DNA of 64,000 nucleotides, taken from the NCBI GenBank assembly GCA_041158505.1, contig JBEBBG010000009.1, positions 5,157 through 69,156 of the forward strand. The letters run 5' to 3'. How positions within the stretch are numbered: position 1 is the stretch's first letter; every line of letters begins with the position of its first letter. The stretch is from Candidatus Parcubacteria bacterium (lineage in GTDB: Bacteria > Patescibacteriota > Minisyncoccia > Phycocordibacterales > JAACPR01). Shown here piece by piece: positions 27,388-36,820 of this stretch. The translations under genes were made by a program, and so were the position numbers. Under the pieces are notes generated by a model. The model worked only from the letters and a program-made list of their open reading frames with translations. It did no database searches and had not been told where the DNA came from.

Positions 27388-27618
27388 ATGAAAGCGGCAG
27401 CAAAACCAGAATCAGAAGCAAAAAAGGGAGTCGAAGGGACTGTTATTGAGGCCCTTCCAAATACCATGTTTCGAGTTTTGCTCGAAGACAATACTGAGCT
27501 GTTAGCTTTTTTGGCAGGCAAGATGCGTATGCACAGAATCCGCGTTATGGTGGGTGACCGTGTCGCAATGGAGCTCGATCCGTATGGAGGAAAAGCCCGA
27601 ATCTTTAAGCGCCTGTAG
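27388..27618 (+). CDS. infA: translation initiation factor IF-1
   Basis: KKGVEGTVIEALPNTMFRVLLEDNTELLAFLAGKMRMHRIRVMVGDRVAMELDPYGGKARIFKRL is the canonical IF-1 S1-fold sequence. The ORF is open from 27349; the start is taken at the ATG at 27388. Confidence 0.85.
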   Translation: MKAAAKPESEAKKGVEGTVIEALPNTMFRVLLEDNTELLAFLAGKMRMHRIRVMVGDRVAMELDPYGGKARIFKRL

Positions 27619-27663
27619 GGGACTTTACTATTTTTAACCTTTCTGCTACACTAGCCACTCGTA

Positions 27664-28044
27664 ATGCGTATTCAAGGTATTACACTTCCAGATAACAAGC
27701 GAATGGAGATCGCATTGACGGCGATTTTTGGCGTTGGACGCCCACTCGCGCATCAGATTCTCGACGCTGCTAAAGTCGATTACGGTAAAAAGCCGGGCGA
27801 TTTAACTGCTGACGAAGAGAACGCAATCCGAGCAATTGTTGAAGGATACCGCATTGAGGGAGACCTCAAGCGTGAAATCTCTGCAAACATTAAGCGTTTG
27901 AAGGATGTTGGTAGTTACCGAGGTAGTCGACATGCTCGACGACTTCCTGCACGAGGTCAGCGAAGCAAGACAAATAGCCGAACCGTTCGTGGAAACGTTC
28001 GAAAGACTATGGGTTCTGGCCGAAAGACCGTAGAGAAGAAGTAG
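27664..28044 (+). CDS. rpsM: 30S ribosomal protein S13
   Basis: MRIQGITLPDNKRMEIALTAIFGVG...GSYRGSRHARRLPARGQRSKTNSRT. Confidence 0.9.
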   Translation: MRIQGITLPDNKRMEIALTAIFGVGRPLAHQILDAAKVDYGKKPGDLTADEENAIRAIVEGYRIEGDLKREISANIKRLKDVGSYRGSRHARRLPARGQRSKTNSRTVRGNVRKTMGSGRKTVEKK

Positions 28045-28057
28045 TTTTTAATACACT

Positions 28058-28483
28058 ATGGGAAAGAAACGAATCGTTAAGAAAGGAGATAAAGAACAGA
28101 CACTCAAGTCTGGCTCAACAAAAGTTTCACGAAAGAAGCTTGATCGAGGTATTCTCTACGTTCAGTCTACATACAACAACACTAAGCTACTCCTTACCGA
28201 TACACACGGTAATGCAATCGCAGCATCTTCATGTGGAGCTCTTGGTTTCCGAGGAGCAAAGAAGGGCACACCGTTTGCTGCAGCGAAGGCTGGAGAGGTG
28301 CTTTCAGAGAAGGCAGAGCTTCTCGGTCTTAAGGAGGTAGACGTTGTTGTTAAGGGTGTGGGTGCAGGCCGTGAGTCTTCAATTCGAAGCTTCGTTGCAA
28401 AGGGTGTTCAAATCCGAAACATTCGAGACATTACCCCAGTGCCGTTTAATGGACCAACTCGCCGTAAGCCACGACGCGTATAG
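28058..28483 (+). CDS. rpsK: 30S ribosomal protein S11
   Basis: ...GILYVQSTYNNTKLLLTDTHGNAIAASSCGALGFRGAKKGTPFAA... Confidence 0.9.
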   Translation: MGKKRIVKKGDKEQTLKSGSTKVSRKKLDRGILYVQSTYNNTKLLLTDTHGNAIAASSCGALGFRGAKKGTPFAAAKAGEVLSEKAELLGLKEVDVVVKGVGAGRESSIRSFVAKGVQIRNIRDITPVPFNGPTRRKPRRV

Positions 28484-28492
28484 TAATAGCAT

Positions 28493-29101
28493 ATGAAACT
28501 AGGACCTAAGTACAAAATTGCACGTCGACTTGGAGCATCTGTGTTCGAGAAAACACAGTCTCCTAAGTTTGCTCTTCGAGCAGAACGAAAAGGCCGCGAC
28601 ACACGTCGCCCAAAGAGTAAGACAAACTTCGGTATTCAGCTTCTTGAGAAGCAGCGAGTGCGCTTTACCTACTGTCTCACCGAAAAGCAATTCGCTAAGT
28701 ATGTTGGACAGGTTATCGAAAAGAAGGGAGTAAATCCTGCAGAAATGCTCTACACGTTGCTTGAGCGACGTCTCGATAACGTTGTACTACGTGCTGGTCT
28801 CGCACCAACTCGCATGGCAGCACGTCAGCTTGTTTCTCATGGTCACATTACCGTCAACGGTAAAAAGATGACAATTCCATCGTACCTTGTACACGTTGGT
28901 GATGTCGTTGCTATTCGTGAAGGAAGCAAGCAGAAGACCGTATTTGCAGAGCTCGATGAAAAGATGAAGGATGTTACTTTCCCAACATGGTTTTCAGTAC
29001 AGCAGGCAAAGAAGGAAATCACTATCACCGGAGCTCCGGTGTACGTGTCAACCGACCTGGCGTTTGATCTCCAGACGGTAATCCAGTTCTACAAACGCTA
29101 A
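28493..29101 (+). CDS. rpsD: 30S ribosomal protein S4
   Basis: MKLGPKYKIARRLG...RLDNVVLRAGLAPTRMAARQLVSHGHITVNGKKMTIPSY (S4 domain). Confidence 0.9.
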   Translation: MKLGPKYKIARRLGASVFEKTQSPKFALRAERKGRDTRRPKSKTNFGIQLLEKQRVRFTYCLTEKQFAKYVGQVIEKKGVNPAEMLYTLLERRLDNVVLRAGLAPTRMAARQLVSHGHITVNGKKMTIPSYLVHVGDVVAIREGSKQKTVFAELDEKMKDVTFPTWFSVQQAKKEITITGAPVYVSTDLAFDLQTVIQFYKR

Positions 29102-29173
29102 TCTTGCCTAAGTGTCAAGGTTAGGGTACTATAGGAGTCCTACAAGCAACCGTTAGCAGTAATTCAAAAAGGT

Positions 29174-30136
29174 ATGTCTGATCAGAACATCGCGTTGCCA
29201 TCAAAGCCAAAGATCGTTAGCGAGGAAGGGCAGCGAGGCGTATACGAAATTGAAGGTTTGTTTCCAGGGTACGGGCACACGCTCGGTAACTCTCTTCGAC
29301 GCATTATTCTTTCATCATTGCCAGGAGCAGCGATTACCCAGATTAAAATCAAGGGTGTCAATCACGAGTTCTCAGCAGTGCCGGGCATTAAAGAAGACGT
29401 CATTACTATCTTGCTCAATGTCAAAAAGATTCGATTGAGCCTAGATAGCGACGAGGCACAAACTATTCGCATTAAGGTTAAAGGAACAAAAGATGTAACC
29501 GCAGGTGACATCGAAGCTCCTTCACAGGTGACTATCATGAACAAGGATCTCCACTTGTTTAGCGTTACCGATAAAAATGCTGACGTTGATGTGGAGATGG
29601 TTGTTGAGCGTGGTCTTGGCTACGTTCCAAAAGAGTTGATGCACCGAGAGCGTGTTGAAGTTGGTAGCATCGCACTTGATGCAATCTTTACTCCAATTCG
29701 ACGAGTATTCTACGAAATTGAAAACATGCGTGTTGGCGATCGAACAGACTTCAACCGACTTCGAATTACTATCGAGACCGATGGTACCATCACACCAAAG
29801 CGAGCACTTGAACGATCAATCGAGACCATGATTGCACAGCTCAAGGCAATTGTTGGCTTCAAGGAGGAGCTCGAACTCGAGGAGCAGGTTCAGGCTAAGG
29901 CCGCACCAGCACCATCTGTTGATGCTACTGACATGGAAGATTTCCTCAAGACACGTATTGAGTCACTCGACCTTTCAGCACGAACAGCAAATGCACTTGA
30001 GAACGCAGGTATCCGAACAGTAGGAGGTCTTGCTCGAAAGAAAGAGGAGGACATTCTTGAGCTCGAGGGTCTTGGAGACAAAGGACTCCAGGAAATCAAG
30101 CGAATCCTTGGCGATAAGGGTATTATTCTCAAGTAA
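29174..30136 (+). CDS. rpoA: DNA-directed RNA polymerase subunit alpha
   Basis: GYGHTLGNSLRRIILSSLPGAAIT... and the C-terminal domain SLDLSARTANALENAGIRTVGGL. Confidence 0.9.
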   Translation: MSDQNIALPSKPKIVSEEGQRGVYEIEGLFPGYGHTLGNSLRRIILSSLPGAAITQIKIKGVNHEFSAVPGIKEDVITILLNVKKIRLSLDSDEAQTIRIKVKGTKDVTAGDIEAPSQVTIMNKDLHLFSVTDKNADVDVEMVVERGLGYVPKELMHRERVEVGSIALDAIFTPIRRVFYEIENMRVGDRTDFNRLRITIETDGTITPKRALERSIETMIAQLKAIVGFKEELELEEQVQAKAAPAPSVDATDMEDFLKTRIESLDLSARTANALENAGIRTVGGLARKKEEDILELEGLGDKGLQEIKRILGDKGIILK

Positions 30137-30177
30137 CGCTTTACAGTAACGATAAAGTACGGTAGGTTAGTTGGACT

Positions 30178-30534
30178 ATGAAGCATCACAAGAAACAGCG
30201 AAAATTCGGACGAGAGAGCAATCAGCGCATTGCGCTCATGCGTTCACTTGCACGAAACCTGATTCGTGATGAGGCTATTACTACAACCGAAGCAAAGGCG
30301 AAGGAACTTCGACCATACGTTGAGGAACTTGTAACCAAGGCTCGAGTAGCATCAGTTGCAACGCGCCGACTTATTACTGCTCGACTTGGCGGTGATGATG
30401 ATCTCGCAAAAAAGCTCATCGAAGATATCGCGCCACAGTACGCAACTCGACCGGGTGGATACACTCGTATTACCAAGCTTCCGCTTCGTCAGAATGACGC
30501 TGCAAAGATGGCGCATATTGAATTTGTAAAGTAG
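30178..30534 (+). CDS. rplQ: 50S ribosomal protein L17
   Basis: MKHHKKQRKFGRESNQRIALMRSLARNLIRDEAITTTEAKAKELRPYVE... Confidence 0.9.
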   Translation: MKHHKKQRKFGRESNQRIALMRSLARNLIRDEAITTTEAKAKELRPYVEELVTKARVASVATRRLITARLGGDDDLAKKLIEDIAPQYATRPGGYTRITKLPLRQNDAAKMAHIEFVK

Positions 30535-30538
30535 GTAT

Positions 30539-30880
30539 ATGAAAGAAATTAACGCACAAGGAAAGAGCTTGGGACGAGTCGCATCAGAAGCGGCAAAAAT
30601 GCTCATGGGCAAGGACAGCGCAGCGTATGAACCTCACCTCGTACAGGGTAATGGTGTACACATCGTAAATGCAGCACAGGTTGCAATGACCGAAAAGAAG
30701 CTCAAGCAGAAGCAGTACGGTCGCTACACTGGCTACCCAGGAGGTCTTAAGTTCCAAACACTCGAGCAGCTTGTGGCACGAAAAGGATACGCAGAAGCAT
30801 TCCGAAAAGCAGTCTACGGCATGCTCCCAGACAACAAGCTCCGCGCCCGCTTAATGAAGCAGCTAAAGGTAACCGAGTAA
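30539..30880 (+). CDS. rplM: 50S ribosomal protein L13
   Basis: ...GKSLGRVASEAAKMLMGK...YGRYTGYPGGLK...LPDNKLRARLMKQLKV. Confidence 0.85.
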   Translation: MKEINAQGKSLGRVASEAAKMLMGKDSAAYEPHLVQGNGVHIVNAAQVAMTEKKLKQKQYGRYTGYPGGLKFQTLEQLVARKGYAEAFRKAVYGMLPDNKLRARLMKQLKVTE

Positions 30881-30887
30881 TACACGT

Positions 30888-31295
30888 ATGGCAAAAGCAT
30901 CTGATCAAAAATATATTGAAGGAGTAGGACGACGAAAGACAGCCGTTGCTCGTGTACGTCTTACACCAGCAGCAAAAAGCTCATACAAAGTTAATGGTAT
31001 GGCACTTGCAGACTACTTCACGACTCTATCACTCCAGAAGACCGCAGAGGCAGCATTTGCAGCGCTTGAGGGAGCAAATCACTACGAGGTAACCGTACAG
31101 GTACTTGGTGGCGGTAAGGCAGCACAAGCAGAGAGTATGCGACTTGGTGTTGCGCGAGCACTTGTTTCAGAGAATGAGACTACTCGTAAGCTCTTGAAGC
31201 CAAAGGGATTCCTTAAGCGTGATCCTCGCAGCAAGGAACGAAAGAAGTTCGGTCTCAAGAAGGCCCGCAAGGCAGCACAGTGGAGCAAGCGATAG
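30888..31295 (+). CDS. rpsI: 30S ribosomal protein S9
   Basis: ...YIEGVGRRKTAVARVRLTP...VLGGGKAAQAESMRLGVARAL...KRDPRSKERKKFGLKKARKAAQWSKR. Confidence 0.9.
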   Translation: MAKASDQKYIEGVGRRKTAVARVRLTPAAKSSYKVNGMALADYFTTLSLQKTAEAAFAALEGANHYEVTVQVLGGGKAAQAESMRLGVARALVSENETTRKLLKPKGFLKRDPRSKERKKFGLKKARKAAQWSKR

Positions 31296-31351
31296 TCTTG
31301 CTGGTGGATTATTGGCAGTAACCGTGTCGTACATCGTACGCACTTCTACCT

Positions 31352-31936
31352 ATGTCAGATACACTACAAACCCCAGACGATATGCAGGAAGATATTGTTG
31401 TTGATGCAGACAACGTGTCTGATTACGACCTTTCTGATGACACATCACCGGAAGACGTGGTGCGAAAGCTCAAACAAGACCTCAAGGTCTGTAAGCAAGA
31501 ACGTCAGGAGTACCTCGATGGCTGGCAACGCGCTAAAGCCGATTTACTTAACGCAAAGAAACGCGCTAGCGACGATCAGATTACCTTTCTTGAGCGTGCC
31601 GGCTCTACCTTTGTTGAAGAGTTGCTGCCAGTACTCGACAGCTTTGATATGGCATTTAAAAATAAAGAAGCATGGGAGCAGGCGCCTGAGCAGTGGCGAC
31701 GAGGTGTTGAGTACATTCACACACAACTCATGAACATTGTTACCTCACGCGGTGTGCAGGTGCTTGACCCAGTAGGTAAACCTTTTAGTCATCATGAACA
31801 CCACTCTGTTCGCACGGTAGCCTCGTCACCCGAACAAGACGGCATTGTCGTTTCTGTTATTCGTAAAGGGTACAAGGTACAAGATATGGTCATTCGACCA
31901 GCAGATGTGGAGGTAGGAAGTGCAGACGCATCATAA
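31352..31936 (+). CDS. grpE: nucleotide exchange factor GrpE
   Basis: Coiled-coil N-terminus, then ...LDGWQRAKADLLNAKKRASDD...FVEELLPVLDSFDMAF... and the C-terminal beta-domain DGIVVSVIRKGYKVQDMVIRPADV. Confidence 0.8.
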   Translation: MSDTLQTPDDMQEDIVVDADNVSDYDLSDDTSPEDVVRKLKQDLKVCKQERQEYLDGWQRAKADLLNAKKRASDDQITFLERAGSTFVEELLPVLDSFDMAFKNKEAWEQAPEQWRRGVEYIHTQLMNIVTSRGVQVLDPVGKPFSHHEHHSVRTVASSPEQDGIVVSVIRKGYKVQDMVIRPADVEVGSADAS

Positions 31937-32019
31937 ATCGCACTTCTTTACAGGGCTTCTCGAACATTTTATAATTCCGAAGCTCTAGCACTTTATTCGG
32001 CTAACGATTCACTACACGT

Positions 32020-33909
32020 ATGGGAAAAATCATTGGTATCGACCTTGGAACAACTAACTCTGCAATTGCGTTTGTAGAGGGTGGAGAACCAGTCATCATT
32101 GAAAATGCAGAAGGTAACCGCACCACACCGTCAATTGTTGCAATCGCAAAAAACGGTGAGCGCCTCGTAGGATTGTCTGCAAAACGACAGTCAGTCACAA
32201 ACCCAAGCAACACCGTCTTTGGTGTAAAGCGATTCATCGGACACGCGTACGATGAGGCGTCGGTAGCGAAGGATAAAGAAACAATTCCATATAGCATCAG
32301 TAAAGCAGACAACGGCGGTGTGCTCATTTGCATGAATGACGCTGACTACCGACCAGAAGAGGTGTCTGCAATGATTCTCCAGAAGCTCAAGGCAGACGCA
32401 GAAGCACGACTCGGTGAACCAGTTACTGAGGCGGTTATTACGGTGCCTGCATACTTTAACGACTCACAGCGGCAAGCAACCAAAGATGCGGGAAAAATCG
32501 CAGGTCTCGAGGTAAAGCGAATCATCAACGAACCAACCGCAGCTGCGCTTGCGTACGGTTTCAACACAAAGAAAGATCAGCAGATTGTCGTCTTTGACCT
32601 TGGAGGCGGAACGTTCGACGTTTCAGTGCTCGAAGTTGCTGACGATGTTATTGAGGTAAAGGCAACCGGTGGTGACAGCCACCTTGGTGGTAAAGACCTC
32701 GACCAGAAGATTATTAAGTGGATTGTAACTGAATTCAAGAAGCAATCAGGCATCGATGTATCAGGAGATCCGCTTGCAATGCAGCGACTCTACGAAGAAG
32801 CAGAAAAGGCGAAGATTGAGCTCTCTTCATCACTCCAGACTGAAATCAACATTCCATTTATTACCTCAGGCCCAAATGGTCCAGAGCACCTTGCACTCAA
32901 GCTCACTCGCGCAACCTTGAACGAAATCGCGCAGGAGTTTATTGACCGCGCAATTGATATCACCAAGCGAACGCTCGAGGATTCACCATTTGGTATCAGC
33001 GATATCGACGAAATCATCCTTGTTGGTGGACAGACACGTATGCCACTCGTACAGGAGCGCGTAAAGGAATTCTTTGGTAAAGAGCCAAACAAATCAATCA
33101 ACCCGGACGAAGTGGTTGCTCTTGGTGCGGCACTTCAGGGAGGTATTCTTCAGGGTGACGTGAAAGATGTGCTCTTGCTCGATGTTATTCCACTTTCACT
33201 CGGCATCGAGACACTCGGCGGTGTTGCGACGAAGCTTATTGAGAAGAACACCACTATTCCAGCCACGAAGTCACAGGTCTTCTCAACTGCTGCAGACAAT
33301 CAAACGCAAGTAGAGATTCATGTGGTACAAGGAGAACGGGCAATGGCAGCAGACAACAAGTCGCTCGGCCGTTTTATTCTCGATGGTATTCCACCAGCAC
33401 CACGAGGTATGCCACAAGTCGAGGTAAGCTTTGACGTCGATGCAAACGGTATCCTTAAGGTAACTGCTAAAGACAAAGCGAGTGGTAAAGAGCAGTCAAT
33501 TCGAATTGAGGCGAGCTCAGGACTCTCGGATGCAGATATCAAGCGAATGCAGGATGATGCAGCCGCACACGCTGCAGAAGATGCAAAAAAGAAAGAGCTC
33601 ATTGATCTTCGCAATACCGCAGATCAGCTCATCTACACCACAGAGAAAGCGGTCGCAGACGCAGGAGACAAAGTTCCGGCAGATGTAAAGTCTGGTATTG
33701 AAGCTAGGCTTAGCGCGCTCAAAGAAGCTAAAGACAAAGATAATGTCGAAGCAATCAAGACTGCGCAAACCGAACTCTCAAACGAAATTCAGAAAATTGG
33801 TCAGTACATGAATCAGCAGGCAACACCTGAGCAAGGCGCTGCACCAGAAGAGCCTGGTATTCGTGATGCCGAAGTAGAAGACACGCCAGGAGACAGCGAC
33901 GGGAAGTAA
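32020..33909 (+). CDS. dnaK: chaperone DnaK (Hsp70)
   Basis: [36 protein letters not shown], and other canonical Hsp70 signatures. Confidence 0.95.
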   Translation: MGKIIGIDLGTTNSAIAFVEGGEPVIIENAEGNRTTPSIVAIAKNGERLVGLSAKRQSVTNPSNTVFGVKRFIGHAYDEASVAKDKETIPYSISKADNGGVLICMNDADYRPEEVSAMILQKLKADAEARLGEPVTEAVITVPAYFNDSQRQATKDAGKIAGLEVKRIINEPTAAALAYGFNTKKDQQIVVFDLGGGTFDVSVLEVADDVIEVKATGGDSHLGGKDLDQKIIKWIVTEFKKQSGIDVSGDPLAMQRLYEEAEKAKIELSSSLQTEINIPFITSGPNGPEHLALKLTRATLNEIAQEFIDRAIDITKRTLEDSPFGISDIDEIILVGGQTRMPLVQERVKEFFGKEPNKSINPDEVVALGAALQGGILQGDVKDVLLLDVIPLSLGIETLGGVATKLIEKNTTIPATKSQVFSTAADNQTQVEIHVVQGERAMAADNKSLGRFILDGIPPAPRGMPQVEVSFDVDANGILKVTAKDKASGKEQSIRIEASSGLSDADIKRMQDDAAAHAAEDAKKKELIDLRNTADQLIYTTEKAVADAGDKVPADVKSGIEARLSALKEAKDKDNVEAIKTAQTELSNEIQKIGQYMNQQATPEQGAAPEEPGIRDAEVEDTPGDSDGK

Positions 33910-33915
33910 CCTCGC

Positions 33916-34806
33916 ATGGGAAAGGACTACTACAGCACCCTTGGCATAAGCAAGAGCGCGTCTCAGGACGAGATTAAAAAAGCATTTCGAAAACTTGCAC
34001 AGCAGCACCACCCCGACAAACCAGGTGGCGATGAAGCAAAGTTTAAAGAAATTAACGAGGCATACGGCATTCTTGGTGATGCCAAGAAACGTGCCCAGTA
34101 CGATCAGTTTGGTAGCACTGGTAACTTTGGTGGTGGTCAGCAGGGAGGTTTCGGTGGATTTGGAGGATTTGATTTCAGCAACTTTGCACAAGGATTTGGT
34201 GGGCAAGGAGGCAACGTTGAGTTTGATTTAAACGACCTCTTTGGTTCAATCTTTGGAGGTGGGCGTGGCGGACGTCGTGTCCCACGCGGTCGAGATATCG
34301 TCATTGATGTTTCGATTTCATTCAAAGAATCTATCTTGGGTGTAAAAAAGACCGTAACGGTTGACCGTGAGAAAGGTGGCAAGGAAGAAATCACCTTCAC
34401 CATTCCTCCAGGGATCGACAACGGCGAAATGCTTCGCATGAACGGAAAGGGTGAACCAATTGAAGGTGGCACTCCAGGAAACTTGTACGTTCGTGTTCAT
34501 GTTGATCCGCACAAAACACTTCGCAAAGAAGGCATCCACCTCATCATGCGTCTGCCGGTAAAGCTCACCGATGCAATCTTGGGAGCAAAAGTAGACATCG
34601 ATACACTCGATGAAGAGAAGTTTGTGCTCAAAATACCAAAAGGTATTACGCACGGAGAGATACTTCGTGTTCGAGGCAAAGGCGTTCCAATGCCAGCACG
34701 TGGCGGTTCTGGAGATCTCCTTATTCAGGTTGAAGTTCCGACACCAACCAACCTCTCTGGTAAAGCAAAGAAAGCGATCGAAACATTGCAAGAAGAGGGA
34801 TACTAA
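33916..34806 (+). CDS. dnaJ: J-domain co-chaperone (DnaJ/CbpA-like; no Cys-rich zinc-finger region)
   Basis: J domain YYSTLGISKSASQDEIKKAFRKLAQQHHPDK. G/F-rich linker. C-terminal substrate-binding domains. No CxxCxGxG repeats. Confidence 0.75.
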   Translation: MGKDYYSTLGISKSASQDEIKKAFRKLAQQHHPDKPGGDEAKFKEINEAYGILGDAKKRAQYDQFGSTGNFGGGQQGGFGGFGGFDFSNFAQGFGGQGGNVEFDLNDLFGSIFGGGRGGRRVPRGRDIVIDVSISFKESILGVKKTVTVDREKGGKEEITFTIPPGIDNGEMLRMNGKGEPIEGGTPGNLYVRVHVDPHKTLRKEGIHLIMRLPVKLTDAILGAKVDIDTLDEEKFVLKIPKGITHGEILRVRGKGVPMPARGGSGDLLIQVEVPTPTNLSGKAKKAIETLQEEGY

Positions 34807-34877
34807 ACGTACCTACCACCGCAGTTCTGCACAGGAGGTATTTTTATGATTACTGTGCACACCGTATACTATACGTA

Positions 34878-35348
34878 ATGTTTTCAATTGGATTTCTAAC
34901 GCTCGACCTCATCATCCTAACGGTAGTATTTGTTGCGTGTGTGTTTATATCAATGACACGAGGCGAGCACGTGCTCACGCGCGCGGTGCTCATTACCTAT
35001 CCAGCAATGCTTTGCTACACACACCTTCCGTATGTGACCGTACGAGACGCTTTTGCAAACATTGCGGCGTTTATTGGTGTTTTTATCGTTCTTCATCTCC
35101 TCCTAAAACGTTTAGTTACTGCGCGCCGATCGTATACAAAAGGGAAGCAGCTCATTGATGCTATCCTCCTTGCGCTCGCAACGACGGTGACACTGCTTAC
35201 ACTCTACTATCACGTCCTACCCGTTGAGCAGCTCTACAGTTTCACCATTCCATTTGCATACCTCTTTACCACAACGCTCCCGTTTGGAGTTTGGTTGGTG
35301 ATACCGCTTGTCCTCCTCGCATTTGCAAATCGAGGCAGCCACAATTAA
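34878..35348 (+). CDS. hypothetical integral membrane protein
   Basis: 156 aa with 4-5 hydrophobic helices. Confidence 0.45.
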   Translation: MFSIGFLTLDLIILTVVFVACVFISMTRGEHVLTRAVLITYPAMLCYTHLPYVTVRDAFANIAAFIGVFIVLHLLLKRLVTARRSYTKGKQLIDAILLALATTVTLLTLYYHVLPVEQLYSFTIPFAYLFTTTLPFGVWLVIPLVLLAFANRGSHN

Positions 35349-35742
35349 TCTGCACGAACCTGCTTGCCTAAAGGGTCAAGAGATTGCCTGGTTGTTTTTT
35401 CTTTGCTAGGGTACTAGTGAATCTATGCCGCCTCGTCAAATCAAGGGGCGGCGGAAGACCGAGGCGTATTGGAATCAGGGAGGACAGATTGTCAGTCGTA
35501 GGAGGCGCTATCGTCGCACCAAACGAACACGGCAAATCTCTGGCCATTCTGGAGGAACATCTTCCGAAGCGACACTGCGTCGCAAAAAGAAGAAAGTCCA
35601 GAAACCTGGAAGGAAAAATCTCCGGTACGCATCTCCGAAGCCCGCCGCACTCACAGCGCCCGAAGTTCCACCTGCACTCGTTGCAGTACTGTGAATCTCG
35701 GCGCTTTTTCTTTACTGTAGTCTGTTACAATAGTGAACGACT

Positions 35743-36780
35743 ATGACGTTCGCAAGTGCATACGTCCTCTTTTTACTTGTTGCGCTCGTTGCGACACTTT
35801 TTTTGGTGCTCACAAATACCAGACGAGCAAAACTTCCCATCAAACATATTTCTGGGTATGTACTTGGCGTTGAGCTGTTGGTGCTCGTACTCTGGAGCAT
35901 AAGTTTTGCCGCACTCTACAACGCGCCACACGGTTGGCCAACATACCTCTATGCGTGTTTCCTCTGCATCGCAAGTATCGGTGGATGGTTTTTAATTAAA
36001 GCAAGTACAGGACACGATGCTGAGCGAGCAGCGCTTCGTACTAAAGCGGCATCGCTTGGAGAAAGTAACGGCCGTCTTGCAGAAATAGATACCCAGAAAA
36101 CTGCTTTTATTTCTATCGCCTCACACCAGCTCCGGGGTCCACTGACGGCAATTCATGGACAAGTTTCAATGCTACTTGAAGGAGAGTATGGTGATGTTCC
36201 TGAACATCTACGGCAACCGCTCGAACGCGTGCAGACATCAAGTCAAACGTTGCGAACGCTCATCAATGATTTCCTTAATGTCGCACTCCTTGAACAGGGA
36301 AGATTACAGTACGTTATTGCACCGTTCGATATCGTTGAGGTACTCAATCAAGCCATCACGCTGTCACGTCCTCACTTTAAAAAAGCAGGGATCGCACTTA
36401 CTCCTGTTTTTACAACAGATCATCCGATGATGGTTCTGGGCGATGCAGCAAAAACAAAAACCGTTTTTATGCAACTCCTCGATAATGCTCTCAAGTACAC
36501 ACCTGCCGGTAGTGTCACCGTTAGCATTGCGTGCAAAAATGACGATGTCATTGTCACCATTCTTGATACAGGTATTGGCATTCCCGACGAAGACAAGAAG
36601 CGCCTGTTCCAAAAATTTACACGCAGCGATGACGCAATTCATCAATCGGTGTACGGTAGCGGACTCGGCCTCTTTGTTGCAAAAGAAATGATTGAGGCAC
36701 AGCATGGCCACATCTGGTTTGAATCTGCTGGCCGCAACAAAGGATCTCGCTTTTTTGTAGCATTACCGTTGGCGCGTTAG
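35743..36780 (+). CDS. sensor histidine kinase
   Basis: Two N-terminal TM helices. H-box FISIASHQLRGPLTAIHG. HATPase_c N/G boxes LLDNALKYTPAG ... DTGIGIP ... GSGLGLFVAKEMIEAQHG. Confidence 0.8.
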   Translation: MTFASAYVLFLLVALVATLFLVLTNTRRAKLPIKHISGYVLGVELLVLVLWSISFAALYNAPHGWPTYLYACFLCIASIGGWFLIKASTGHDAERAALRTKAASLGESNGRLAEIDTQKTAFISIASHQLRGPLTAIHGQVSMLLEGEYGDVPEHLRQPLERVQTSSQTLRTLINDFLNVALLEQGRLQYVIAPFDIVEVLNQAITLSRPHFKKAGIALTPVFTTDHPMMVLGDAAKTKTVFMQLLDNALKYTPAGSVTVSIACKNDDVIVTILDTGIGIPDEDKKRLFQKFTRSDDAIHQSVYGSGLGLFVAKEMIEAQHGHIWFESAGRNKGSRFFVALPLAR

Positions 36781-36820
36781 TCGACGAGGACTCCCGATTG
36801 GCGTATAATCCACCTACGAG

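Noticed and set aside
34807-34877. Possible terminator after dnaJ (TGCACAG...CTGTGCA with an 18-nt loop)
   Set aside because: The loop is too long and the T-run is interrupted. It is not convincing as an intrinsic terminator.
35384-35746. Overlapping Arg/Lys-rich ORFs (120 aa and 89 aa) in the intergenic region before the histidine kinase
   Set aside because: Two mutually overlapping frames, extreme basic composition and GC-rich sequence suggest spurious translation of a non-coding (possibly RNA-encoding) region. See the ncRNA finding.
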